From: Candidatus Marinacidobacterales bacterium
GTDB taxonomy: Bacteria; Acidobacteriota; Vicinamibacteria; Marinacidobacterales; SMYC01
Direction of reading: 5' to 3'
DNA length: 64,000 nucleotides
NCBI GenBank assembly: GCA_965224085.1
Contig: CBDCYI010000005.1
Span: 2,176,001-2,240,000 of the forward strand
In this document: one piece after another, positions 43,836-54,795 of the stretch
Layout: every line of letters begins with the position of its first letter
Numbering within the stretch: position 1 is the first letter of the stretch
Notes under the pieces: model-generated
Database searches by the model: none
What the model was told of the DNA's origin: nothing
The model's input: only the letters and a program-made list of their open reading frames with translations
Position numbers and translations under genes: made by a program

Positions 43836-45422
43836 CTAGCGGTCTTCTTCGTCCGTCGAGCTCAAGTACTGTGTCGCTTCTTTCAGCTCGGGAACGTCGA
43901 ACGCGCTCCATACCTTCTCGAGCTTTCGATACTGAGCCGACGCGAGACCACGCTCGCCTTGCTCGGCATAAGCGCGGGCGAGTCCGAGCAGCGAGCGCGG
44001 CCGGTTCGGCGTGCGTAGAAGTGACTTCTTGAAGTAGTTCGACGCTTCCGCGGGCTTGCCGATCTCGAGCATGACCTCCCCGGCGAGCTCGTAGACAGGC
44101 TTCACCGGGTTGGCGGCGCCGTTCGGAGGACGCATGCTTTCCGCGACTTCGATGCCTTTCTTCAAATGTCGCACCGCACCGTCTTTGTCGCCCTTCGCGA
44201 GTGCGGCGAGGGCTTGGACCTCGTGCTGCATGACGCGGGTGGGCTGCGCTTGGCGGTTGTAGAGCGATCGGTCTTTCGCTTGTTTTTCGGCGGTGGCGCG
44301 CAGCTGTTCCGCGGCCTTGGCGAGGAGCTCGGCGTCGCCCATTTTGTAAGCACTCATGCCGGTCGCGAGAAGCTCGTGCGCCGAGGACTTTTCTCGCACG
44401 GGCTTGGTCTTCCACTTCTCCGTCTCTATGATATAGCGCGCTTTCAATAGCGGGACGCTCCTCGCTGCGCGGGAGGCACCCTCGCTCATCTCGAGGCGTT
44501 TTTCGAGCCTTTCGATCCACGTCTCGGCCTTCTTGTAGTCGCCGCGTTGGAGGTCACCATACTGCCCCCAGTCGAGGGCGTGGACCATATCCCCCACGCT
44601 GTCGCCCGGCTCCCACAAATCGACGGCGGCGTCATAGGCCGATTGGTTCGATTTCGACACGCGCTCCCACATCCCGTGTTGGATGAAGATGTGCGTCGGC
44701 ATGTGCCGCGCATGAGAGACGGCGGGAGCGATCTCGGCGAAACGATAGGCGGCGGGAAGCGCGAGCGGCGCGTGCACCGGGTCGTCGAAGGAATGAATCG
44801 TGTAGTGCGCGGCGCCCGGATGGTTCGGGTTGCGCTCGAACACTTTCATTGCGACCGAGCCCGCTTCGACGTACATGCGAAAGGTCGTATCTCCCGCGGG
44901 TCGGACGGCAGCGATCGTGGAAAGCGAGTAAAACGTCGCAACCTCGTCATCGTCCGGATATTTCTCGTAGAGGCCCCGCATCACGTCCATATAGCCGAGC
45001 TTCCGCTCCGCAATCTCGCCCTCGCCAAAAAGGACTTCGACCGCCGTCAGGAAACCTTTCTCGCGATCGGTCGATGCTTTCGCGAGCCGCTCCTCACGTG
45101 TCGAGCCAAGCCTTTTCAACACGTCTCGCGGCGATTCCATATCCATATCGCCGAACAGCGGATGGTTGTAGCAGAGGCTCTCGCCCCAATAAGCCATTGC
45201 GAAATCGGGGTCGAGCTCCTGCGCTTTCTGGAACTGCTCGATGGCCTGTTTCCACCCGAAGCTATGCAGGATCGCGACGCCCCGCAAGAAATACTGCTGA
45301 GCTTCCGCGGAACCTGAGTTCGGAAACTCCACCAGGCCCACATTCGCGAACTGTGCCGAGGCGGCAACCGCGACCAGCAAGAGCGCGGCAAGAATTGTTG
45401 TTACAAACAGCGAACGTTTCAT
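43836..45422 (-). CDS. Secreted TPR-repeat protein
   Basis: Signal peptide; FLRGVAILHSF...DPDFAMAYWG; HPGAAHYTIH; HARHMPTHIF. Confidence 0.85.
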   Translation of the reverse strand: MKRSLFVTTILAALLLVAVAASAQFANVGLVEFPNSGSAEAQQYFLRGVAILHSFGWKQAIEQFQKAQELDPDFAMAYWGESLCYNHPLFGDMDMESPRDVLKRLGSTREERLAKASTDREKGFLTAVEVLFGEGEIAERKLGYMDVMRGLYEKYPDDDEVATFYSLSTIAAVRPAGDTTFRMYVEAGSVAMKVFERNPNHPGAAHYTIHSFDDPVHAPLALPAAYRFAEIAPAVSHARHMPTHIFIQHGMWERVSKSNQSAYDAAVDLWEPGDSVGDMVHALDWGQYGDLQRGDYKKAETWIERLEKRLEMSEGASRAARSVPLLKARYIIETEKWKTKPVREKSSAHELLATGMSAYKMGDAELLAKAAEQLRATAEKQAKDRSLYNRQAQPTRVMQHEVQALAALAKGDKDGAVRHLKKGIEVAESMRPPNGAANPVKPVYELAGEVMLEIGKPAEASNYFKKSLLRTPNRPRSLLGLARAYAEQGERGLASAQYRKLEKVWSAFDVPELKEATQYLSSTDEEDR

Positions 45423-45552
45423 GAACCCTCCTCGAAACGACGCCCACTGGACGTCGGTGTCGATAAGCCCAGAATTATACCAGGCGTGGCCAAACCGCGG
45501 TGTGCGAAGCTTCAGCTCTTTCGCCCGCAGACTGCGCTACGATGACCGAATC

Positions 45553-45975
45553 ATGGCGCGCGTGCTTCCCGTGCTCGACCTCAGAAGCGACGCGGTCGCC
45601 TCCGAGCTACATCGCGCTTGCGAGCATGACGGTTTCTTCCACGTCGCCCATCACGGTGTGCCTTCAGAGCTTCTCGCCGAAGCCCGGACTCGAGCCCGGT
45701 CGTTCTTCGCGCGGCCCCTCGAAGAAAAGCTCGAGCTGCATTTCGCGAAGGCGCAAAAACAGCGTGGCTAGATCCCGCTTCGCGCCGAGAGACGGACCCG
45801 AACGCCGTGGGCGACGAGAAGGAAGCACTCGACTTTACTTATCCGATCCCGCCGGAAGGCGTGAGTGATGCGGTCGCGCACCGGATGTACGGCAAGAATT
45901 TGTGGCCCCGCGCGCTGCACGGGTTCCGCCCTGCCATCGAAAGCTATCTCGACGAGATGATCCGCCTCGGGCTTA
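45553..45975 (+). pseudogene. IPNS-like 2OG-Fe(II) dioxygenase N-terminal fragment
   Basis: LPVLDL; ACEHDGFFHVAHHGV; RG* (TAG at 45769); frameshift; EKEALD; NLWP; truncated. Confidence 0.8.
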
Positions 45976-46096
45976 TCAGGCTATTGGCGGCGATGCCGAG
46001 CGCAAGAGTCGCCACGACGACGAGTGCGTAGCTCGGGTGGGAGCGGAGCGAGCGGAGCGCCAAAACCACGTCTTGTCGAAGCTCGTCGAGTCTCAT
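45975..46096 (-). pseudogene. ADOP/MacB-like ABC permease N-terminal fragment
   Basis: LRQDVVLALRSLRSHPSYALVVVATLALGIAANS. Confidence 0.75.
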
Positions 46097-46214
46097 AAAT
46101 ACATAGACGAGAGCTCCGCCCGCGGAGTTCAAGAAATGATTACAGTACTTTGAGCTTTTCTCAGGACACCACTTCCATTCAAGGGGTTTGCCACAACATT
46201 TTCACGACGTCCGG

Positions 46215-47164
46215 CTAATGGCGCACGCCGTCGAAAAGAACGATCTCACCCGCATAGAACGTGAGGCGGAGAACGAGCTTGGCGACCAGGTAGGCCTGGC
46301 CGATCAGAAACGCTATCGCAACACCGCTCGCCGAGGATTGACCGACGCCTGGAGCGATGATGTTGTAGACGAGGAGCATCAAGACGCCCGCAAGGCCCAA
46401 TCCATAATAGAGCGTCGTCGTCTTCCCGAGGTTCGAAAGGACGAAACCGAAGCCTTTCAGCATCGCGAGCACCATGCTGCGGCGGTTTTCCCGGAAGGTC
46501 GCGATCTTCGCGTAGTCGAACGCCATGTTGACGAAGGTCAGGAGAAAGACGACGAACAGACTTCCCGCGAGCACGTAGGCGAACACGGACTCCTCGGACG
46601 TCATGTCCCGCGTCGAAGTCTCCATTTTTTGGAAGAGCCAACCCGCGAAACGATAGACGAGGTAGTAGAAAACGCCCGAGATGATCGCGAGTCGGAAGAA
46701 CCCAAAAAATAAGAGGCGCACTCCGCAAAGAACTCGTTCAAGCGGAAAAGACCAGCTCCTTCACCGGAGCGTTGCAAAATGCCGCCGACGAAAAAAGACC
46801 ACAAGATGGCGTAGAGAATCCCGAGACCGAGCAAGCCGCGATAAGTTTCGAAGATATCGCCGTTGAACCACGCTTCGATGTTGTTAAGAAAAGCACCCGC
46901 GCCGGTCACGGTTGGCGTGAACGAGCTCTCGACGCCTTTCGCCTGGGCCCTGTATTCTCCGTACCACCCCATATCGAATCCGTCGCGCAGATTCTGGTGT
47001 ACGAGGCTCGTGCCCACGGAGTCGCGAATAGACTCCGTCAGCACCGCCGTCGCCGGGAGCGCAATCGCTACGTTCACGATCCAGAGCCACAAGACGAGCC
47101 CGGGCGAGCCGAGTACTTTGCCCAGTCCTCGAAGAGCCATGCCGCGCGCTGTCATGTCTTTCAT
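46215..47164 (-). pseudogene. Integral membrane protein, frameshifted at a T-run near 46708
   Basis: Two consecutive hydrophobic ORFs; one extra T would join them; RBS GAGGAG. Confidence 0.65.
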
Positions 47165-47168
47165 CTCC

Positions 47169-47830
47169 TCAACTGAAAAAAGCGAACGTGGCAAGAAGAT
47201 CCTGGAACCAAATCATCCACTTCGAGCTCCACTTGCGCGCCGGAAGCGTGCCCCGTGGCTCGAGGATCTTCGAGTTGTGTAGTAGAGGTCGAGAAGAAGC
47301 CTCCTCTCCGGATCGACGACCGCGTAGCTCAACTTCTGCGGCTGCTCTTCCACATAGAGCTTGAAGCGCGATCGGCCGTCCCACGATTCCCGCACCTCGG
47401 AGCCGTCCTCGAACACCATGAGCACATCGACGGGAAAATGAGCCGCGCCGTGGCGTCGAACGACGACTTCCGTTCGGAACAGGTCGGACTCGCTGTCTTG
47501 ATGAACGAGCTCGGCACTCTGACTGTCCTTCACATAACCGGAAATCTCGATCGGATCGCTAGTCGCGCGCTCGATGGCGTAGTCGAAATCGTTCGAGCTG
47601 CGATATACCTGATCGAAGAACCAAGTGAGGTCCTCGCCGCTCACTTCATTCGCCACATCAAAAAAATCTTGCGGGCTCGGATGGCGAAACTTGTAGCGCT
47701 CGAAAAACGTCGCCATGATGGGCTGCAAGGTGTCCCAGCCAAGATAGCGCTCGAGCGTGGAGAGCCAGAGCGCCGTTTTGTTGTAGCTATGCGCGCCGCC
47801 AGAAGCGGAGTAGAGATCTTGACTCGTCAC
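47169..47830 (-). pseudogene. M1-family aminopeptidase C-terminal fragment
   Basis: SYNKTALWL.TLE; KFRHP.PQDFF; DLTWFFDQ; VVDPE..LLLD; HEXXH region absent. Confidence 0.75.
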
Positions 47831-47840
47831 CGCGCCATCC

Positions 47841-47870
47841 ATAATATATAGCCATATGGCAATATATAAT
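47841..47870. promoter_or_regulatory. Palindromic ArsR operator overlapping the start codon
   Basis: ATAATATATA-GCCATATGGC-AATATATAAT imperfect inverted repeat. Confidence 0.65.
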
Positions 47871-48191
47871 GCGCACGGGCTAGATGCTACATTCCACGCT
47901 CTCGGCGATGGAACGCGGCGTGTGATGCTCTCGATGCTCTCTCGCCGCGGTGCGCTCACCGCCGGCGAGCTGGGGGCGCCCTTCGAGATTTCCCAGCCGA
48001 CAGCGTCGAAGCACCTTCGTGTGCTCGAGCGCGCCGGTTTGCTCAAGCGCTCCGTCGAAGGCCGCACCCATCGGTTCAGGCTTGTTGAGAGGCGGTTGAA
48101 GGAAGCTGAAGAGTGGATCGAGCGGCATAGGGATTTCTGGGAGCACACGCTCGACCGGCTCGAAGACGTTTTGGAGGAGCCCGGTGGCTAG
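47856..48191 (+). CDS. ArsR/SmtB-family regulator
   Basis: FHALGDGTRR; SQPTASKHLRVLERAGL; W...LDRL. Confidence 0.92.
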   Translation: MAIYNAHGLDATFHALGDGTRRVMLSMLSRRGALTAGELGAPFEISQPTASKHLRVLERAGLLKRSVEGRTHRFRLVERRLKEAEEWIERHRDFWEHTLDRLEDVLEEPGG

Positions 48192-48627
48192 CCAGCTGAG
48201 TGTTTTCGTCCGGCGGCACGTTCACGCCTCGCGTGGGCAGGTCTTTCGTGCATTGACCGACCCAGAAATGCTTCCGCGCTGGTTCTCTCCGAGCGAGGAC
48301 ATAGGAACCGAAATCCTCCAGCACGATTTCCGTGTCGGCGGAAGCTACCGGTTCGGCTTTCTCTTTCCCGATGGCGAGCGAAATATCGTTGCCGGCGTGT
48401 TTCGCGAGATCGTTTCGCCAAAGCGGTTGGTTTTTACCTGGACGTGGGAGCCTCCCGACCCACATGCGGGCGTCGAGACGCTCGTGACCATCGTTCTCAG
48501 ACAAGACGAGGACAGCACCGAGATCGTCGTGACGCATGACCGTTTTCCCCGGCACGAGCTCCGTGACCGGCATGATGCCGGCTGGCAAGCGACGCTCGAC
48601 CGTCTCGAAATTTTTCTCGTGAGGTAG
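48184..48627 (+). CDS. SRPBCC/AHSA1 domain protein
   Basis: VFRALTDPE..RWF; DFRVGGSY; RLVFTW; HDAGW. Confidence 0.92.
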   Translation: MASQLSVFVRRHVHASRGQVFRALTDPEMLPRWFSPSEDIGTEILQHDFRVGGSYRFGFLFPDGERNIVAGVFREIVSPKRLVFTWTWEPPDPHAGVETLVTIVLRQDEDSTEIVVTHDRFPRHELRDRHDAGWQATLDRLEIFLVR

Positions 48628-48735
48628 ACATGAAGCAATATTTGCAAGCCACTTTCGCCTGTTTCGCACTGCAGTTCGCGCTCGTAGGCGTCACCGTCGG
48701 CGGTGTGTACGGGGCCAATCCTCGGGAGGTGTCTC

Positions 48736-49065
48736 GTGGCTTACAGTGAAAAAGTCGCGGAGCGTTTGCGCCAGGCGTTGAAGCGGAAGCGCGGTATTAG
48801 CGAGCGGAAGATGTTTGGCGGCATTGCCTTTCTTCTGAATGGCAACATGTGCTGCGGCGTGAACGACACCGACATCATGCTGCGTCTCGGAAAGGACGGC
48901 GCGGAGAAGGCTCTTTCCGAACGGCATACCCGCGTCATGGATTTCACGGGCACGCCGTTGTCCACGATGGTGTATCTACGCGCCGCAGGCTACCGCAAAG
49001 ACGCGGATCTCGAGCGATGGCTGAAGCGAGCGATCGACTACGCGAAGACCCTGCCGCCGAAGTAA
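48736..49065 (+). CDS. TfoX N-terminal domain protein
   Basis: ERKMFGGIAFLLNGNMCCGV; TLPPK. Confidence 0.88.
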   Translation: MAYSEKVAERLRQALKRKRGISERKMFGGIAFLLNGNMCCGVNDTDIMLRLGKDGAEKALSERHTRVMDFTGTPLSTMVYLRAAGYRKDADLERWLKRAIDYAKTLPPK

Positions 49066-49071
49066 GTACGC

Positions 49072-49800
49072 CTAAGGATGGCAGTCGACCCAATCACCAC
49101 GGGGCGTGCGCCTCTTGGACCAGACGTACCAATACTCGCCGTCATAGGTCCAAAAGCCCGCCTCGAGAAACTGGCCGTTGTGCTGTGTCGCGTCCCGGCA
49201 GGCGCGCGACCGATAACACCCGTCGCGGTCTCCCGGCATCCGCACTACTTGCTTTAGTCCTCCGCGGAGCCGCTCGAAATTCGTACCGCATTTTTCGGTG
49301 AGCACCGCCCGCGCGTCCATCTCCCGGTTGACCCTCGGGCGGGTTCTACCGCCTTCCTTCTCGCAACAGCGATATCCCTCCCAGAGCTGGATCGACTGCT
49401 GCATGCGTCGAAATTTGCCGATGAACTCCGCATAGCTCCGCTCTTCGAGTAACGCCCCGACGGCCTCGAACGAGCCGTAGAGCGGGCTCAAGTAGAGCGC
49501 GGGATCGCAGCGGATGCAGCTAATGGAGCCACCCGCCTCGCTCTCGGCCATGACCCCCTCGAGCGCCTCGAAAGCTTCGTCGAGAAGTCCCTCGATCGCG
49601 CGGCACGTCTCCAGTTGCTGCGCTCCCGTGCAATCCGCCGTCGTCAACGAGAGCTGAAAAGCCTTTTCGAGCTTCTCTCGCACGGCGAGGACACCCGCGT
49701 GGTCCGGACCGCCACAAGGCCGGCAAAGCTCAGGATCGGCGTTTTGGAAGAGCATCAGCAATATTGGGGCATGCAACACAAATCGATTCATGTCTTGCAT
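49072..49800 (-). CDS. Cysteine-rich hypothetical protein
   Basis: 242-aa ORF, 12 Cys including two CxxC; hydrophobic N-terminus. Confidence 0.6.
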   Translation of the reverse strand: MQDMNRFVLHAPILLMLFQNADPELCRPCGGPDHAGVLAVREKLEKAFQLSLTTADCTGAQQLETCRAIEGLLDEAFEALEGVMAESEAGGSISCIRCDPALYLSPLYGSFEAVGALLEERSYAEFIGKFRRMQQSIQLWEGYRCCEKEGGRTRPRVNREMDARAVLTEKCGTNFERLRGGLKQVVRMPGDRDGCYRSRACRDATQHNGQFLEAGFWTYDGEYWYVWSKRRTPRGDWVDCHP

Positions 49801-49820
49801 TCTATCGCGTGCGTCCGCTT

Positions 49821-51017
49821 TCAGCTTCCCGTGACATCGCGCAGTACCCGCAAGAAGTTCTCCCCGAGGATCTTCTCGATGTCCTCGTCGCTATAGCCTC
49901 GCTCGAGCAGTATCTCCGTGAGATCCGGATACTGGGTGACGTCCTCGAGCCCGATCGGCGCGACGTCGATGCCGTCGAAATCGGAGCCGAGGCCCACGTG
50001 GTCCGCGCCCACGATCCCGACGACGTGGTCGATGTGATCCGCCACCGCCCCGATCGTGGGCGGTGGGATCTCCGATTCGCTGCGGGCGAAGGCGAGATGG
50101 CGCTCGCGAGCGAGCTCATCGAGCCGTTCGGGATCGCGCTCTTCCGGCACACTGAAGGCCTCCACCACGCTGCCACCGCGCGCCGCTTCCCGTTTCTCCA
50201 TGTATTCCTGGTCGAGAAACTCGGGATAGAAGTTGATCCCAATAACACCACCGTTCTCGCCCACGGCTTGGATCATCTCGTCGCTCATGTTGCGCGCGTG
50301 ATCGCAAAGAGCGCGGCACGAGGAATGGGAGGCGATCACGGGCTTCGTCGTGATGCGCATCACGTCCCAGAACGTTTCGTCAGAAACGTGCGAGATGTCG
50401 ACGATCATCCCGATTTGGTTCATCTCCCGAACGACGTCCTCCCCGAACGGGCTGAGGCCGTCGAAACGCGCGACGTCCGTCGAGGAGTCCGCCCAGTTAT
50501 TCGTGTTGAAATGGGTCAAGGTCATGTAGCGAACACCGAGGCGGTGGAACATTCGCAGAACACCGAGATCGTCCTCGATACCGTGGCCGCCCTCGACGCC
50601 CATGAGGGCGGCGAGTTTCCCCTCGGCCACGATGCGCCGAACATCCGAGGTGGTCGACGCGAGCTCGATGCGATCGGGCGCAGCGTCCATGAGCCGATAG
50701 AGCGCGTCGATCTGCTGCAAGACCCGGCGCGCCGAATGATCGGAGCCGTAAATCGGATCCGGCCAGACGGAGAAGAACTGCGCATCGACGCCGCCTTCGG
50801 CGAAGCGGTGTAGATCGGAATGGCCGTCGGACAAGCGCGTGCGGATGTCGACGTCCTCGTTGACCATGCGTTGCAGGATGTCGTTATGCGTATCGACGAG
50901 GATCGATCGCGTGTGCACGTCTTCGTCGAAGGGCTCGGGCGCTCTGGCGGGCTCGGGCGACGCGCAGGCGACCGCGGTCAGAACAAGAAGCAAGGGAATC
51001 AATAATTGGCGTGTCAT
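49821..51017 (-). CDS. Membrane dipeptidase (M19), lipoprotein
   Basis: AVAC lipobox; DTHND; GVEGGH; DISH; ASHS; GLGSDFDG; GENFLRV. Confidence 0.93.
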   Translation of the reverse strand: MTRQLLIPLLLVLTAVACASPEPARAPEPFDEDVHTRSILVDTHNDILQRMVNEDVDIRTRLSDGHSDLHRFAEGGVDAQFFSVWPDPIYGSDHSARRVLQQIDALYRLMDAAPDRIELASTTSDVRRIVAEGKLAALMGVEGGHGIEDDLGVLRMFHRLGVRYMTLTHFNTNNWADSSTDVARFDGLSPFGEDVVREMNQIGMIVDISHVSDETFWDVMRITTKPVIASHSSCRALCDHARNMSDEMIQAVGENGGVIGINFYPEFLDQEYMEKREAARGGSVVEAFSVPEERDPERLDELARERHLAFARSESEIPPPTIGAVADHIDHVVGIVGADHVGLGSDFDGIDVAPIGLEDVTQYPDLTEILLERGYSDEDIEKILGENFLRVLRDVTGS

Positions 51018-51029
51018 AATGGTCATCCA

Positions 51030-52856
51030 TTGCAAAGCACCGAGAATATCAGAAACATCGCCATCATCGCGCATGTCGACCACGGTAAGACGACACTGGT
51101 GGACGCGCTGCTCCATCAAAGCGGCGTGTTTCGAGAGAACCAGGCTGTCCGCGAGCGAGTCCTCGATTCGGGCGATCTCGAGCGCGAGCGCGGCATCACG
51201 ATCCTCGCGAAGAACACCGCCATCATGTACCGAGGCGTCAAGATCAACATCGTCGACACGCCAGGACACGCAGATTTCGGGGGCGAGGTCGAGCGCGCCC
51301 TCAGCATGGTGAACGGCGTGATGTTGCTCGTCGATGCCAGCGAAGGACCGCTCCCGCAGACGCGCTACGTCTTGGGAAAAGCGCTCGCGCTCAAGCTTCC
51401 CTTGCTGCTTATCGTGAACAAGGTCGACCGGCAGGACGCGCGCGTCCAGGAGGTGGTGAACGAGGTTTTCGATTTGTTCATCGACCTCGACGCGACCGAA
51501 GAGCAGCTCGACTTTCCGATCTTGTATGCGAACGCGCGCGCGGGAACACTCCGCGTGGATCCGGAGGGCCCGGAAGGAGAAGAAACGGATCTCCGTCCGA
51601 TGTTCGACGCGATCCTCGAGCGCTTGCCCGCGCCGAACGGAGACGCCGAGGGCGCGCTTCAGCTCATGGTGTCGAATCTCGACTATAGCGACTATCTAGG
51701 GCGGATCGCGATCGGCCGCATCACGCACGGGACGCTGAAGGTCTGGGACGACGTCGGGATCGCCAAAGCGGATGAGAGCATCCAGAAGACCCGCATCACC
51801 AAGCTCTTCACGTTCTCCGGCCTTGAGCGCGTCTCGGCCGACGCGGTCGGGGCGGGGGATATCGTGTGCCTCGCGGGGGTCGAAGGGATCGCGATCGGCG
51901 ACAGCGTCGTCGACGTGGAAGCGCCCGAGCCGCTCCCCCGGCTCCGGATCGACGAGCCCACTCTTTCTATGGTCTTCTCGGTCAACTCGTCCCCTTTTGC
52001 AGGGAACGAAGGCGAGCACGTGACGTCTCGAAAAATCCGGGAGCGGCTCGAAAAAGAGCTCTTGACGAACGTGTCGCTGCAGATGGAGGACACCGATACG
52101 GCGGACGCGTTCAAGGTCTATGGCCGCGGTGAGCTCCAGCTTGCTATCCTCGTCGAGACGATGCGCCGCGAAGGCTACGAGCTCACCCTCGCGAACCCCG
52201 AGGTCATCATTAAGGAAATCGACGGTGTTAAGAAGGAGCCGTTCGAGATCTTGCTCGTCGACGTAGCCGAGGCTTATCAAGGCGTCGTCGTCGAGAAGCT
52301 CGGCATCCGTAGGGGTCAGATGACGCACATGGTCAATCATGGCTCGGGGCGCGTGCGGCTCGAGTTTCGTTTGCCGTCGCGAGGGCTCATCGGGATCCGA
52401 AGCGAGCTTCTCGCCGATACGCGTGGAACGGCTGTCTTGAACACGCTCTTCGACGGTTACGACGATTGGCAAGGCTCCTTTCCCAAGAGGCTGACGGGGT
52501 CTCTCGTCGCGGACCGGGGCGGGAAGTCGACGGCTTATGCGCTGCACAATCTCGAAGATCGCGGCGAGCTTTTTATTGGGCCCACGAGGGACGTCTATGA
52601 AGGCATGATCGTAGGGGAGAATTCCCGTCCAGCCGATTTGGATGTCAACGTCACCCGCGAGAAGAAGCTCACGAACATACGCTCGTCGACGTCAGAGATT
52701 GCCGTGAAGCTCACGCCCCATCGCGAGCTCAATCTCGAGCAAGCGATCGAGTTCATTCGTGTCGACGAGCTCGTCGAGACCACGCGGGAGTCGATTCGAC
52801 TGAGAAAACGGATTCTCGCCGCGAACCGACGACCCAAACGGCGTACGGATCTGTAA
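51030..52856 (+). CDS. typA: Translational GTPase TypA/BipA
   Basis: [10 protein letters not shown]; [14 protein letters not shown]; GRGELQL; KKLTNIRS. Confidence 0.97.
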   Translation: MQSTENIRNIAIIAHVDHGKTTLVDALLHQSGVFRENQAVRERVLDSGDLERERGITILAKNTAIMYRGVKINIVDTPGHADFGGEVERALSMVNGVMLLVDASEGPLPQTRYVLGKALALKLPLLLIVNKVDRQDARVQEVVNEVFDLFIDLDATEEQLDFPILYANARAGTLRVDPEGPEGEETDLRPMFDAILERLPAPNGDAEGALQLMVSNLDYSDYLGRIAIGRITHGTLKVWDDVGIAKADESIQKTRITKLFTFSGLERVSADAVGAGDIVCLAGVEGIAIGDSVVDVEAPEPLPRLRIDEPTLSMVFSVNSSPFAGNEGEHVTSRKIRERLEKELLTNVSLQMEDTDTADAFKVYGRGELQLAILVETMRREGYELTLANPEVIIKEIDGVKKEPFEILLVDVAEAYQGVVVEKLGIRRGQMTHMVNHGSGRVRLEFRLPSRGLIGIRSELLADTRGTAVLNTLFDGYDDWQGSFPKRLTGSLVADRGGKSTAYALHNLEDRGELFIGPTRDVYEGMIVGENSRPADLDVNVTREKKLTNIRSSTSEIAVKLTPHRELNLEQAIEFIRVDELVETTRESIRLRKRILAANRRPKRRTDL

Positions 52857-53065
52857 CCAGTCTTCTTCGGCGCCAACCTCATGGTAGGATTTTGAGGTAG
52901 ACTTCTCTTTGCGCTCTTTGTGGACCCAATATGTCGTCGACGTCCGCGCGAAGGTAATTTCAGAGATCGAGCCCGGCGGGGAGCGTCGCGTCGTCGTCAT
53001 TCTTCTGACAGCAATCCTGTGTTTGTTCCTTCTCCGCTTTGCGGGGGCGTCCGACGAAACGCGCT

Positions 53066-53871
53066 GGTATTGTCAAGTTGACGTTGAGCGAGCGAACCTA
53101 TTGCGTCGAGCTGATTTCCTTTGCTCTCATCGGACGGCACAGGTTACCTCCTGCCAGACGATGAAAGCGCGGTCTCGTAGCTCCCGATGATGATGCGCTT
53201 GCAACAAATGCCGTCCGACGCGAAAGAGGTTTTGCACGAGTCCATGCACGGTCAAGAATCGTTGCGCCTGCCCAGGAGTTTTAAACTTCCGCATCTGTCG
53301 TTCCCGTTGTCGCGTCGGTTCGTGCGAGACTTCGGCTAGGTTGTTTCTGTACTGGTCAGTGTCGTGGACGACGGACGGCATGACCTCGCGGTGAGCGGCG
53401 CTGTAGCTTCTCAGTTTGTCGGTGACCAGCTGCCAGGGCGGACGGCCTTGCCCTTTCAACAGCTTGCGGAAGAATCGTTTGGCGGCTTTTTGATCACGGC
53501 GAGGCTGGACGAGGATATCAATCACATCACCATCTTGGTCTACCGCGCGCCAGAGGTATTGGCGTTCGCCTTGTATCTTTATGAAGACCTCGTCCAGGAG
53601 CCACGTGTCACCAAGGCGACCCTGCCGACGCTTCAGTCGCCGAGCGTATTCCGGCCCGAACTTGATGCACCAAAGTCGGATCGCTTCGTAGGAAACCGTG
53701 ATGCCTCGCTGAGCAAGCAGCTCTTCGACGTTTCGAAAGCTCACGCAGAATCGGTGGTAGAGCCAGACGGCGTGGCTGATGATTTCCGGTGGAAATCGAT
53801 AGCCGTGGTAGCTTGGCGCATCGGTCTTCATTGGACCATTCTGTCAGTCACCAGCTCAATTTGACAGCAAT
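53066..53871 (-). mobile_element. IS6-family element with intact transposase ORF (53127..53831)
   Basis: 234-aa IS6 DDE transposase; imperfect IRs GGTATTGTCAAGTTGA and (reverse complement) ATTGCTGTCAAATTGA. Confidence 0.93.
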
Positions 53872-54138
53872 GGCACCGCCCGTGCGGGCGGAGGTCATCG
53901 GGGAGTGACCGAAATCGTTCGTTCACTCGAAAGTACCGAAGAAAGGGGTTTCAGAGTTATGGCGAGATTTCGCGATGCTCCCGCGTTCGAGATAGTTCTC
54001 GGGCTGCTCATCCTCGGCTTTACTCTTTAAGCGATACGACGATATCAGTCGAGCGAACGTGACGAAGGTACCTATGAAGTACCTGAATACCAGTTCGAGA
54101 GCCCTAGCCGTCAGCGACTGAGACTCACGCGGCTCGCG

Positions 54139-54795
54139 CTACCAGACGTAGCGTCTTATGCGGGCACGTTGTTTCAGCCCGTCGAGCCACTGCTCTACGC
54201 GCTCGTTGAACTTCTGCTCTTCGAGTATGCGGCGGACTTGGTCGACTTCTTCGAGCGTCGGCGCGCGTTCAGCGGGGAGCTCGGAAATCACCTCGGCGTC
54301 GAAAAAGCTCTGGATTTCCTCTTCGGTGACATGGGTGAGAGCGCGGAACCGGCGCTCGACGTAGCGGTTGACCGTGAGCTGACGACGGAGCTCGGAGAAT
54401 AGCTCTTGCTCGCTAATGCCGCGCTCGACGAGCATCGTCTCGAAAGCGTTCTCGCTACCGAGCCCTTCTTGCAGTGACGCTACCGCCTCGAGCACAAGCT
54501 CCTCAGGCAAAGGATCGTCCGTGAAGCGCAACACGTCCCGCTCGATGAGCCGCGCCTCGATGAGCCGCTCCACCACATCCGCGAGGGCGACGTTGTCGAC
54601 GCCTCGAAGCTCGAGAAACCCCAGAGCTTGCTCCGCCTCTGAAAGCGTCACCACATCGCGATCGATGATCGCCACAATCCGATCCACCAACTCCGGCTCC
54701 GAAAAACCGAACGCCGCCCAAAGCAAGAGGAGAGCAACGAAAAAGACCAGCTTGAATGCTGAATGCCGAATGCTGAAACTTGACTTAAAATGCAT
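54139..54795 (-). CDS. SurA N-terminal-domain chaperone-like protein
   Basis: LVDRIVAII...VTLSE; WLDGLKQRARI. Confidence 0.75.
   Translation of the reverse strand: MHFKSSFSIRHSAFKLVFFVALLLLWAAFGFSEPELVDRIVAIIDRDVVTLSEAEQALGFLELRGVDNVALADVVERLIEARLIERDVLRFTDDPLPEELVLEAVASLQEGLGSENAFETMLVERGISEQELFSELRRQLTVNRYVERRFRALTHVTEEEIQSFFDAEVISELPAERAPTLEEVDQVRRILEEQKFNERVEQWLDGLKQRARIRRYVW

Noticed and set aside
54750-54780. GAATGC(T/C) heptamer tandem at the surA-like 5' end
   Set aside because: Only about three units; no evidence of a function or phase variation
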